Shown here one piece after another: positions 18,013-28,846 of a stretch of 64,000 nt of DNA (position 1 is its first letter; each line of letters begins with the position of its first letter). The position numbers and the translations under genes are program-made. The notes beneath the pieces were generated by a model, which worked only from the letters and a program-made list of their open reading frames with translations, searched no databases and was not told the origin of the DNA. Source of the DNA: Bacteriovoracia bacterium (GTDB lineage Bacteria > Bdellovibrionota > UBA1018 > JBFWNL01); the NCBI GenBank assembly GCA_050251055.1, contig JBFWNL010000010.1, forward strand, positions 1-64,000, read 5' to 3'.

Positions 18013-18720
18013 TCAGTTACAGGCTTTCGCCTGAAACAACATGTCGGCACCGTTTCCCAATCCGTAGTAGATGCCATCCAAGAAACCGAAGGTCATCACA
18101 CCAGCGGCGTAGTCGCTGGGATCGCCATAGGCAATATTGATCTCCACGCCTTGGCCGTGGATCGGCGCCTCAAGGATCAACCAATACCGAGTACCGGCCG
18201 TCAGACTCACCGGCGTCGAAAAGACGAACTCCACGTCTTCCAACGCCCAGAAGCTGCCAAACGGCATCGCGGCCGGAGGTACGACCTCGGAAGTGCCGAG
18301 GGTGCCCCCGCTCGGGCAATTGGCGATTCCCCAACATCCCAGATTGGCGTTGGATTGCACTTTGATCCGCAAGCCCTGGCTCAGCAGTCCTCCGTTGCTT
18401 TGGACCATCTTGAGGGTGACGCTCGAAAGCGAAAGATTCGAAGCAGGCACGATCGACTGGGCGAACGCGATATCGTCGTCGATTTGGAAAGTACCGTTGT
18501 TGACCGAGGCCTCCGCGAAAACCGAGGCCGCGCACCCTCCGCTCGTGCCCCCGGTAGCGGGAAGGCCATCGGCGGCTCCGCCGAGATCCGGCAGAACGGG
18601 AATCTCCGGAAGCGCACCGATTGCTGCCTCTTCGTCCCCCCCCCTTTGCCACGGCCACTTGCACGCGCTCGCCATAGCGAGAAGCGCAAAAAAAAGCACA
18701 ATCCTACTTAACCCTTTCAT
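18013..18720 (-). CDS. Putative lipoprotein with C-terminal beta-sandwich domain
   Basis: MKGLSRIVLFFALLAMASAC lipobox-like; FAQS...LSSVTL...FSTPVSLTAGTRYWL pattern. Confidence 0.6.
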   Translation of the reverse strand: MKGLSRIVLFFALLAMASACKWPWQRGGDEEAAIGALPEIPVLPDLGGAADGLPATGGTSGGCAASVFAEASVNNGTFQIDDDIAFAQSIVPASNLSLSSVTLKMVQSNGGLLSQGLRIKVQSNANLGCWGIANCPSGGTLGTSEVVPPAAMPFGSFWALEDVEFVFSTPVSLTAGTRYWLILEAPIHGQGVEINIAYGDPSDYAAGVMTFGFLDGIYYGLGNGADMLFQAKACN

Positions 18721-18897
18721 GTGTGAGCCCCTTCTACAGAGCCACTCGCTCACACACCCCCACTAGATACAAACTGCGTATCGGAAATATGACGTGGCGC
18801 ATTAGTCGGTTAACAATCATGGCCGCCATCTATTTGGCGCCGAAAACTCCAGAGAAATTACGTCGCCAGTGCGTGCGGGCTATAGGAAAATTTTGGG

Positions 18898-19329
18898 ATG
18901 GGCGTCCTCACTCGATTCAAACGCAACCCCGAAGGATTTCGCGCGCTCGTGGAGTTACTGGAAAGCGCGCCCGCCGACAAACGACAGAAGATGATCGCCG
19001 CCGGCATGGCCGAGGATCCGCCGTTCATGCATAAAGCGATGGATCTGATGATGAACTTCGAGGATATCACGATGCTTTCCGATCCGGAGCTCGCGGAAGT
19101 GGTCGCGGTCGCTCCCCCGCGAATTACTTCGCTCGCCATTTCAAAAAGCGATTCCGAGCTGCAAATGCGTTTTTTTAAATGCGCGCCTCCGCGCCTGATG
19201 GCCGAAATCCGCGACGGCCTCACGCCGGACGCCGCGCTCAAAGCCATTGGCGGCGCCCAACTCAAGATGGTCGAAGTCGCGCGCAAGCTCGAGCGCGAAG
19301 GCCGTTTGCGCGTAAAGCGCATCCCCTAA
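18898..19329 (+). CDS. Stand-alone FliG C-terminal-like domain protein
   Basis: MMNFEDITML...AQLKMVEVARKLEREG resembles FliG-C (MFxFED...AQxxI...R.L..G). Confidence 0.7.
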   Translation: MGVLTRFKRNPEGFRALVELLESAPADKRQKMIAAGMAEDPPFMHKAMDLMMNFEDITMLSDPELAEVVAVAPPRITSLAISKSDSELQMRFFKCAPPRLMAEIRDGLTPDAALKAIGGAQLKMVEVARKLEREGRLRVKRIP

Positions 19330-19350
19330 AGAGGGTAAGCCCGATCTTTC

Positions 19351-21300
<1,950 letters not shown>

Positions 21301-21851
21301 AGAAACTGCTAAACTCCTTCATTTCGATGAGAAGGTCAAGGCGCGCGAGCGCGGATCCGCGCGAATCATTTCGCCTTTTCCTCAAAGATTTCGTGCGAAA
21401 AACATGCCTGCATTCTGAGTGGGAAAGGAATTGGATAAGAACCTTAAGCGCAAGCCTAAAGCCAGCCTTAAAACCACTGTTTTATTTATTAATATCAAAT
21501 ACTTACAAATGTACCCAGAATTCGATTTCACCTCAGAGACAAACACACTGCCGGTTTCCGCGTCGTAGCCCCTCTGAGCCGCCCTATAAAACTTTCGTCG
21601 TTTTGGAACAAAAAAAGTCACCGCCGACGGAGTGGGAAGAATTAATTCAGATAAAACTTTTTTGGTCCATTATGCTTACTACACCAAACCCCACGAAATC
21701 AGATTTAAATACCTTATGGCTTGATGCGTTAAAAAAAAATTGACTAACGCTTCTTAAAATGAAATCAACGCATCGAGTCAAAATTCAAGGTTGGTGGGTG
21801 ACCTGAGAGATCTTCCCCCTAACGACTGATTTCCTCGAGGAGCGGATAGCG

Positions 21852-24800
21852 ATGCAGAACTTCCTTTCGACTTTTTTGGCCGCGGTTTTTCCTTCAGCCA
21901 TGATGGCTAACCTTCCCGCCCAAAATCTCACCGACATGGTCCTGGTAAATGACTCGAACCAGGCTTTTTACATCGATATTTTTGAACCCACCGCAACCCA
22001 GGTCAACGCGATCGTGCGTGGAGCGGCCTCGAACGATCCGAACAAAGCTGCCCGAATCACTCGATTCGAAAACGCCGTGGCATTCTGCGAACGCCAAGGC
22101 AAACGGGTGCCCACCCAGCAAGAGTGGATGGCTGCCGCCTCGAACTTGGGACGGAATCGTAACTACACGCTCCGCGGAGATGCCCTCCAAGACGCGCGGG
22201 GTAATCTACTGGTCAATATCAACGGAAACTACCGGGAAGCGGACGGCAGCACGGGCTCGGCGTCGCCTTACCTCACATCCGCCCTTGGGATCGACGCCAT
22301 CGGCACGGTTGGCATGACGGGAAACCGCGCCGAATGGGTGTATAACAATCGGGCCTCCGGACAGTGCGGATCCCGCTACGAAGAAAACAACATCGCGAAC
22401 GCACGCCTCGATCGAATTTGTTCCGCGCCGCTAAGCGATTCGGCGACGGTCCGTTGCGTAACCAACGCCAACGGTGCCGACACCGTAACCTATTCGGCCA
22501 ACGTATCGGGCGAACTTTTGACCTACCTAAATCAGATCGGTGGCCGTGGAAACGGAGCCCCCCCGGCAGTGAACCCACCGGCAGGCAATGGCCGGCCTAA
22601 CAATCCCCCGGCACGCCCCGGCAACAACCGCCCCGGCGATGACGAACCCGAAGCTCCGGTGCAGGGACCTCCACCCGAACCCAAGTACGACAATGAATTC
22701 GGAATCAACCCGGACCAGCCGCTCGCCGTGAATGACGCCCGCGTGCTGCCGGTGACCGACTACCTCATCATTTACCACGAAACCGCGGAGTATTTCGCTG
22801 AGGAGACGGGCCTAGAGCTGACCCCCGGCGTTTACGTCGCTTCCCGCGGCATCCTCAATACCCGCTCCGATCTGCAGAACCTGTTGATGGGCGGCGTGTG
22901 GACCAATCCATTCGGCGATCTGGCGCCGATTACGGCGGGTTATGCCAGTGGCGTAGCCGGGCCGGAAACCCGTGACGAAATCTGGGCCTCCCAGAACAAC
23001 CAGTATTTCCGGCTGCAAGACGGGAATAAGAAACTGCAAGCCATCGTCAAGGGCGTGCCCTACAAAATCTTCCCGGCCACCCTGGGCGCGTTCTTCCTTA
23101 CGAAGGACCGCAAAGTGACTTTCGTTCCCCGTAAGGCGGAAAACACGAAGTCCATGCAGCCCTTCAAGAACGTGAAGGTATTGAACGAAAACTATGTGAC
23201 CCTTACGCGCGACAAGCGCGGCCTGATCCTGCTCACCGAGTCCAAGCAGAAGAACATGGCGACCGTATCGATTTTGCGTTTTGACGGGAAGCTTACTCCG
23301 CTCGTGGACGTCGCCATGGAAGACGACCGCATTCGCGCGTCCGTTTCCGCGGACGGCATTTTCATCCCCACGAAGCAAGCCAAACCGGACGACCGCCAAG
23401 GCACCAGCATCGTCGGGTACATTCGCTTGGCGGACGACGGCTCGGTCATCGATCGCCGGGACAATATCTTCGAAACCCGCCCTGGCCAAGACTTGGTGTT
23501 TGAAGCGGAATGGCCCGAAGTCCGCGTGCGCAAAGCGCTCGGGGGCCGCATCTCTTATCGCGTGGCGGCCGACGGCTCGCTGCATGACAAGGCTCGAGGC
23601 GGCGACTCGGCGGCCACCCCGACCGGAGAAAATCTCCGTACGCTTAAAACCTTCGCCGAACATTGGACCGAAAAGGCCGCCAACGGCGACTTCGACGACC
23701 TGATGGATCGCGATGATTACATTGGCGACGCGCTGAACGTCATGCGCGCGAACAAAAACACTTGGGTGAACATTAACGGTCCGTTCGGCGTCGGCAAAAC
23801 CACACTGCTCAAGCTCATTGCCCGCACGGTCAACGCCCAGTCTGCTGCGAAGAAAGACTGGGTCGGCTACCAAGTATTCCACCTGCCGCTTTCCTCGGTG
23901 GCTGCCCTCATGGGCACCCAGGTCCAAGAAGGCGGGCAAGGCGGCGCGGCACCTCAGGCGGCCCCTAGCGCGGAGCAGCCCATTAACCGTCTACTCGAAG
24001 CGGTGGCGGGCAAGAAAGTCATCCTCGTGATGGACGACTTCCTGGACGACCCGAAGCTGGGACCCACGAACGTACAAAAATCGCTGGATGTATTCCTCGG
24101 CGCTTTCCGCGAAAAAATCGTCACTGGCCAATTGAAAATCGTGACCACGACGGACGCGCGCCTCTGGGTACAGGCCTTCGACCAAAACCCCGCCCTCGGC
24201 AACATGGTCACGACGGTCACCGTGCAGTCCGCCGGAATGACGGAATTGGCGATGATCCTGGGCGCCGAAATGCGCGCGCTTGAAAAACACTGGCGGTTGA
24301 AGTTCGACGCCGGCGTACTGGATGTCATCATCAACTCCGCCGCGGAAATCGATCCGACGACGCAAGAACCCCACCGTTCGATCAAGGCCGTGAACAAGCT
24401 GGCGTCGCTCCTAGGCGACGAAGTCAAACGCTCGGGCAGCCAGCTCATGATCGTGAGCGAGCAAAAGGCCCGATCCATCCTCCTTACGGGCGGATTAGTG
24501 GACGACGGCGTCGATGTCGAGCAACTCGGGCCTTATCTATCTTCGAAAATATTAGGCCAAGAAGAAGCAATCGATCGGATTTCCACTTCCATGCAAAGCT
24601 TGGCGCTCGGCGTGACCTCCCGCCGCGGAACGCGAGCGGTGCTCTTCCTGATCGGGCCCACGGGTACGGGCAAGACCTACGCTTCCGAGCTCATGGCGAA
24701 GTTCTTGAAAAAAGAAATCGTCAAGATCGATATGACGAAGTTCACGGGATTCACGGAACAGACCTTGTATACCCAAAAGATCAAGTCTCTGGGCGACAAG

Positions 24801-25478
24801 GACTACGTCCTTATCCTCGATGACATCGACAAGAGCCCGAACGCGAACAAGATCCTAACGGAATTGCGCCCGATCTTCGACGATGGCGTCTACGGACGCG
24901 GCACGAAGGACGAGCTTAGCTTCCGTAACGCGATCGTGATCATCACCGGCAACTACGCGGCCCAGCTGATATTGGACGCGAAGAACGACCCGCACGAAAT
25001 CATGAAGAATAAGGTGCGGGATTACGTGTTCGCCGACAAAACGCCGGATGCGGAAAAAATACCGAAGCACGTATGGTCCCGAATCGAGTCCTCGATCATC
25101 ATCTTTAAGGGCTTGAGCGTCGAGACCCTCATGCAAATCGCCCAGATATCGGCACAGCAGCTCAGTGCGGACATGCGCAATCGCTTCAATATTAGCGTCA
25201 CGCTGTCTAATCGTCTGATCGCGAACTTGGTCCACAAGAGCGCGGAAGCCGAGCTCGGTGCGGTTCCGGTGCAAAAGAAGATCGAGACCGAAGTGAAGGA
25301 AAAAATCGCCTTGCACATGGTCAAAGCCGAACGTGACGGCCGCCGCTACAAGATCCGGCAAATCGCCGTGAATCTCAACAGCGCCGACGAGATCATCTTG
25401 ACCGACGATCAACAGCCGGGTTTCGCCTCCGCCCTCAAACAGGCCGGTGAGCCCGCCGATGCAGGAGAACAACCATGA
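21852..25478 (+). CDS. FGE-sulfatase-like domain fused to a degenerate Clp/Hsp100 double-AAA+ module
   Basis: FYIDIFEPT, AFCERQGKRVPTQQEWMAAA, MTGNRAEWV; Pro/Asn linker; Walker A GPFGVGKT and GPTGTGKT; Walker B VILVMDD and VLILDD. Confidence 0.8.
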   Translation: MQNFLSTFLAAVFPSAMMANLPAQNLTDMVLVNDSNQAFYIDIFEPTATQVNAIVRGAASNDPNKAARITRFENAVAFCERQGKRVPTQQEWMAAASNLGRNRNYTLRGDALQDARGNLLVNINGNYREADGSTGSASPYLTSALGIDAIGTVGMTGNRAEWVYNNRASGQCGSRYEENNIANARLDRICSAPLSDSATVRCVTNANGADTVTYSANVSGELLTYLNQIGGRGNGAPPAVNPPAGNGRPNNPPARPGNNRPGDDEPEAPVQGPPPEPKYDNEFGINPDQPLAVNDARVLPVTDYLIIYHETAEYFAEETGLELTPGVYVASRGILNTRSDLQNLLMGGVWTNPFGDLAPITAGYASGVAGPETRDEIWASQNNQYFRLQDGNKKLQAIVKGVPYKIFPATLGAFFLTKDRKVTFVPRKAENTKSMQPFKNVKVLNENYVTLTRDKRGLILLTESKQKNMATVSILRFDGKLTPLVDVAMEDDRIRASVSADGIFIPTKQAKPDDRQGTSIVGYIRLADDGSVIDRRDNIFETRPGQDLVFEAEWPEVRVRKALGGRISYRVAADGSLHDKARGGDSAATPTGENLRTLKTFAEHWTEKAANGDFDDLMDRDDYIGDALNVMRANKNTWVNINGPFGVGKTTLLKLIARTVNAQSAAKKDWVGYQVFHLPLSSVAALMGTQVQEGGQGGAAPQAAPSAEQPINRLLEAVAGKKVILVMDDFLDDPKLGPTNVQKSLDVFLGAFREKIVTGQLKIVTTTDARLWVQAFDQNPALGNMVTTVTVQSAGMTELAMILGAEMRALEKHWRLKFDAGVLDVIINSAAEIDPTTQEPHRSIKAVNKLASLLGDEVKRSGSQLMIVSEQKARSILLTGGLVDDGVDVEQLGPYLSSKILGQEEAIDRISTSMQSLALGVTSRRGTRAVLFLIGPTGTGKTYASELMAKFLKKEIVKIDMTKFTGFTEQTLYTQKIKSLGDKDYVLILDDIDKSPNANKILTELRPIFDDGVYGRGTKDELSFRNAIVIITGNYAAQLILDAKNDPHEIMKNKVRDYVFADKTPDAEKIPKHVWSRIESSIIIFKGLSVETLMQIAQISAQQLSADMRNRFNISVTLSNRLIANLVHKSAEAELGAVPVQKKIETEVKEKIALHMVKAERDGRRYKIRQIAVNLNSADEIILTDDQQPGFASALKQAGEPADAGEQP

Positions 25479-26341
25479 GGCTAACCTCTTCGCGCTTGAA
25501 CATATTGAGCCTATCCGTGATCGCGCTGCTCGCGGCCACTACGTCCGCGGGTGACCCGCCGGGCGGAGGGATTCCTTCCGGCCCGGATTCCGGGATGACC
25601 CGCAAAAGCCGGACGACGGCGGTCCTATTCGTGCTGGACATCTCGAACTCAATGTCCCGCGGCCCGATCACGCGTGTGAAGCAGACGATCACCCAGGTCG
25701 CCAGCTCGGTATCACCGGAAACCGGCCTAGGATTGATTTCCTTCTGGGGCTGCAAGGAAACCGACAACAACCTCGATTTCCCCTTGGCGACGGGCGCGGA
25801 CAACCAGAAAAGCTTGATCCAGGTGGCCAGCGCCATCCAGACCAAGCACGGAACCAACATCTATAGCGCCCTGATGCTCGCGGAGAAGGAAATCCAGCGC
25901 GTGAAGGATTGGTGCGTGAACGTAATCCTCCTCAGCGACGGCTTCGAGAACTGCGGACCGGGCGACTTCCGCTCCGTGGTCGGACGCATCGTTGGCCAGC
26001 ACGGTAGCGGCTGCAATGCCGTTCACACCATCAGCGTGTCGACGATGGGCTGGGAGAATAAGGTGCTCAAGGAAATTTCCGAACTAGGGCACGGCTCCCA
26101 CCAGGAAGTCGAAGAAGAAAAAGAAATCGAAGTGGCGATCACGAAGGTAGTTGAAGCCGTCAAACATACCCAGAAGGTGAAATGGGCGGGCGACGGCAAG
26201 CCGGCGGAGAAGAAAGAGGGCGAAGAGGCCCCGAAAACCGACGACACGACGCCGCCAGCGGAAGCCCCGGCCCCCGACGGCCCTCCACCCGCCCCGGCCG
26301 AAGCCCCCATTAAGAAGCAGAAAGAAAACGGAAAGCAATAA
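25475..26341 (+). CDS. Exported VWA-domain protein with intact MIDAS
   Basis: Signal peptide; FVLDISNSM (DxSxS), GTNIYSAL, ILLSDG; Pro-rich tail; ATGA overlap with the upstream gene. Confidence 0.88.
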   Translation: MRLTSSRLNILSLSVIALLAATTSAGDPPGGGIPSGPDSGMTRKSRTTAVLFVLDISNSMSRGPITRVKQTITQVASSVSPETGLGLISFWGCKETDNNLDFPLATGADNQKSLIQVASAIQTKHGTNIYSALMLAEKEIQRVKDWCVNVILLSDGFENCGPGDFRSVVGRIVGQHGSGCNAVHTISVSTMGWENKVLKEISELGHGSHQEVEEEKEIEVAITKVVEAVKHTQKVKWAGDGKPAEKKEGEEAPKTDDTTPPAEAPAPDGPPPAPAEAPIKKQKENGKQ

Positions 26342-26374
26342 CCCCAACCCCAACGAGATAGAGGATCCCGAACC

Positions 26375-28840
26375 ATGAAGAGCCTGAAGAATTCCGTACA
26401 GAAACCGATGATTTTCGCGAGCCTGGGCTTGGCCCTGCAAGCCGCCACGGCCATCGGCGCCTCCGCTAACGACTGCGTCGTTCGCCATAAAGCGAACTTC
26501 GACGAAGTGAAACCCGCCGGCGGCGGATACTGCGTCGGCGTGATGAATCCCAACAACGACCGTTTCGCGGAAGACAAGGATTATAACTACGTTGAAGGCA
26601 GCCTGATCTGGTTGAGCGACCAGTCAGACAAGCGCATCAAGCGCATCGGCAACATCCCGATGCAGTGGCTAGTTCTCGATAAAGGCGTCATCGGCGTTTA
26701 CTCGTCCGGCGCCAACTACTCCATCCGGTACTGGAACTCCGACACCTTGGGCACGCGCACCTGCAAGAGCGACATTAAGGTGGAAGACGTCAAGAAGGGC
26801 ACGACCAAGATCGAGCTGGGCAAGAATTTCATCCGCGTCGCCTCCCCGAGCGGTAACGAAGATTGGTACGGCGGCGCCGACGGCAACTGCACGAGCAAAA
26901 ACGCGCGCGCCTTCATGAATTTGACCTCGGAAGATCGCCGCGTGCTCGAGAAATACGGCACGAGCGGGGGTACCGGTGAATCCAACGAACTCACCAACCC
27001 CGTGGTGGCCGCCAAGCTGCGCATGCCGAAGGGCCGCGACGGCGTGATGAAGAATATGATCCAGGCCATGCAAAGCCAAGACATCCGCTCTGTACTGCTT
27101 TGGGGAGCGGCCGGCACGGGCAAGACGACGATCGCTTACGGCATCGCCAAGCGCATCGCGCAGAAAGATCCGACGCTGCCGGAATGGATCCGCGACTGGA
27201 GCATCTATGCCATCGATCTCTCCAAAGTGAACGAAGAAGGCGCCCTGGGCGTCGCGCAGAAGAAGATGACCGAGATCATCCAAGCCGCCGCCGGTAAGAA
27301 GGTGATTCTCTTGATGGACGAAATCCATCAGCTGCTAGGCCTCGGCGCCCGTGAGTCGGGATCCTCCGACGTTACGGATGCGCTCAAGACCCCGCTCGCC
27401 AACGGCCAGATCTGCATCATCGGAACCCTGACGGGCGACGTTGCCGAAAAGGGCCGTTTCGACGCGAACTCGGCGTTCCAACGCCGCTTCTCCCAGATGA
27501 TGATCGACGAGCCGAGCGACGAAGTGCTGCGGGAAATCTTCCGTGACTATGCCGACGAGATGACGAAGAAGTACAACGTCACTTACGACGACTTAGCCTT
27601 AGAAGAGATGATCAAGCTCACGCGCCAGTATGGCAACGGCCAGAAACACCCGGCCGTAGGCATCAACTTCCTCGATCAACTTTCCGCCTCGAAGGAAAAG
27701 AACGAGGGCGAAGCTTACGCCATCGTGGTCGCCGACATTAAAGCCAAAGTCGGCCTCATGTTCAACGTGGCGGCGCTGAAGCCGGTTGACCCGGCGAAGA
27801 AGGAAAAAACCATGGGCCAGAAGGCCGTGGTCTTCAAGGCCGAAATCAGCAAGCAGTTCATCGGCCAGACGTCTGCCCTAGACGTCGTGCAGCGGGGTCT
27901 CACGATCTACGCCGCACGCGGGGCTAAGCCCGGCAAGCCTCCGGTGTTCCTGTTCTTGGGGCCCTCCGGCGTGGGGAAGACTTACCTCGCCGAATTGACC
28001 GCCAAGTACTTCAACATGCCTTATAAGGAATTCAAGATGGAAGGCTATCAGCAGGAGCACAGCGTGGAGTCCCTGAAGGGTTCCCCGCAAGGTTACGTTG
28101 GCTCCCAAGAAGGCGGCGCGCTGCCGAACTGGATCAGCCAGAACCCGACTTCCGTGCTGAACTTCGATGAAATCGACAAGGCCCACCCACGCGTCCTGCA
28201 ATATCTAATGGGATTGTTGGAGCAGGGCGTGGTGCAGGACGGCAAGGGTAACGAGCACACCTTCCGCGGCGTCGTATTCCTCACTTCGAACTACCTGCTC
28301 GAAGTGATCGAGGAATGGGATCGCGCGAATGGAATCGAGGACAACGAGTGGAAAGCCACCAATGGCGACGCGAAACCGCCGTCGACCGGCATCGGATCCT
28401 ACACTCCGGAACAGCTCAAGCAGCACCTCATGAACCTGCTCGAGAAGCCGGGTGAAAACGGACAAGATCAGAAGATCGGGTCGTTCATCACCGGCCGTAT
28501 CGGGCTTGAGAACATCGTCATCTTCAACCACTTCAACAAGGAGCAAGCGAAGCAAGTCGCGATGCTCGAAGTGAAGAGCGTGCTCAAGAAGATGAAGGAA
28601 GACTACAAGAAAGACGTCGTGCCGGATCCTGCCCTCGTCGAGCACATCGTCAGCAACGGCTTCAGCTTCAAGTACGGCGCCCGCCCGGTTCGCGGCATGG
28701 CGGTGAGCTTGATCGAAGGACCGGTCGCCGAAAAGATGATCGAAATGGAAGGCCAGGAAGACCAGATCAAACGCCTGGTCGTCGGCATCCAAGGCGCTGG
28801 CCGCAGCGCCCGCGGCGTCGTACGGGTCGAGACGGAGTAA
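26375..28840 (+). CDS. ClpA/B-like double-AAA+ ATPase with N-terminal signal peptide
   Basis: GAAGTGKT, LLMDEIH, AFQRRF; GPSGVGKT, GYVG, FDEIDKAHP, LTSN, YGARP; N-terminus MKSLK...IFASLGLALQAATAIGASA. Confidence 0.88.
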   Translation: MKSLKNSVQKPMIFASLGLALQAATAIGASANDCVVRHKANFDEVKPAGGGYCVGVMNPNNDRFAEDKDYNYVEGSLIWLSDQSDKRIKRIGNIPMQWLVLDKGVIGVYSSGANYSIRYWNSDTLGTRTCKSDIKVEDVKKGTTKIELGKNFIRVASPSGNEDWYGGADGNCTSKNARAFMNLTSEDRRVLEKYGTSGGTGESNELTNPVVAAKLRMPKGRDGVMKNMIQAMQSQDIRSVLLWGAAGTGKTTIAYGIAKRIAQKDPTLPEWIRDWSIYAIDLSKVNEEGALGVAQKKMTEIIQAAAGKKVILLMDEIHQLLGLGARESGSSDVTDALKTPLANGQICIIGTLTGDVAEKGRFDANSAFQRRFSQMMIDEPSDEVLREIFRDYADEMTKKYNVTYDDLALEEMIKLTRQYGNGQKHPAVGINFLDQLSASKEKNEGEAYAIVVADIKAKVGLMFNVAALKPVDPAKKEKTMGQKAVVFKAEISKQFIGQTSALDVVQRGLTIYAARGAKPGKPPVFLFLGPSGVGKTYLAELTAKYFNMPYKEFKMEGYQQEHSVESLKGSPQGYVGSQEGGALPNWISQNPTSVLNFDEIDKAHPRVLQYLMGLLEQGVVQDGKGNEHTFRGVVFLTSNYLLEVIEEWDRANGIEDNEWKATNGDAKPPSTGIGSYTPEQLKQHLMNLLEKPGENGQDQKIGSFITGRIGLENIVIFNHFNKEQAKQVAMLEVKSVLKKMKEDYKKDVVPDPALVEHIVSNGFSFKYGARPVRGMAVSLIEGPVAEKMIEMEGQEDQIKRLVVGIQGAGRSARGVVRVETE

Positions 28841-28846
28841 TAAGCC

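Noticed and set aside
21327-21743. 138-aa ORF in the rpoD upstream region
   Set aside because: AT-rich with no RBS or motifs; more likely divergent promoter DNA
21935-22460. FGE-like domain as a diversity-generating retroelement target
   Set aside because: No reverse transcriptase and no template/variable repeat pair seen in the window
21852-28840. T6SS (ClpV with TagR-like FGE and VWA) or ordinary clpB interpretation
   Set aside because: No tss, hcp or vgrG genes in the window; no Clp-N or M domains; signal-peptide-like N-termini do not fit ClpV or ClpB
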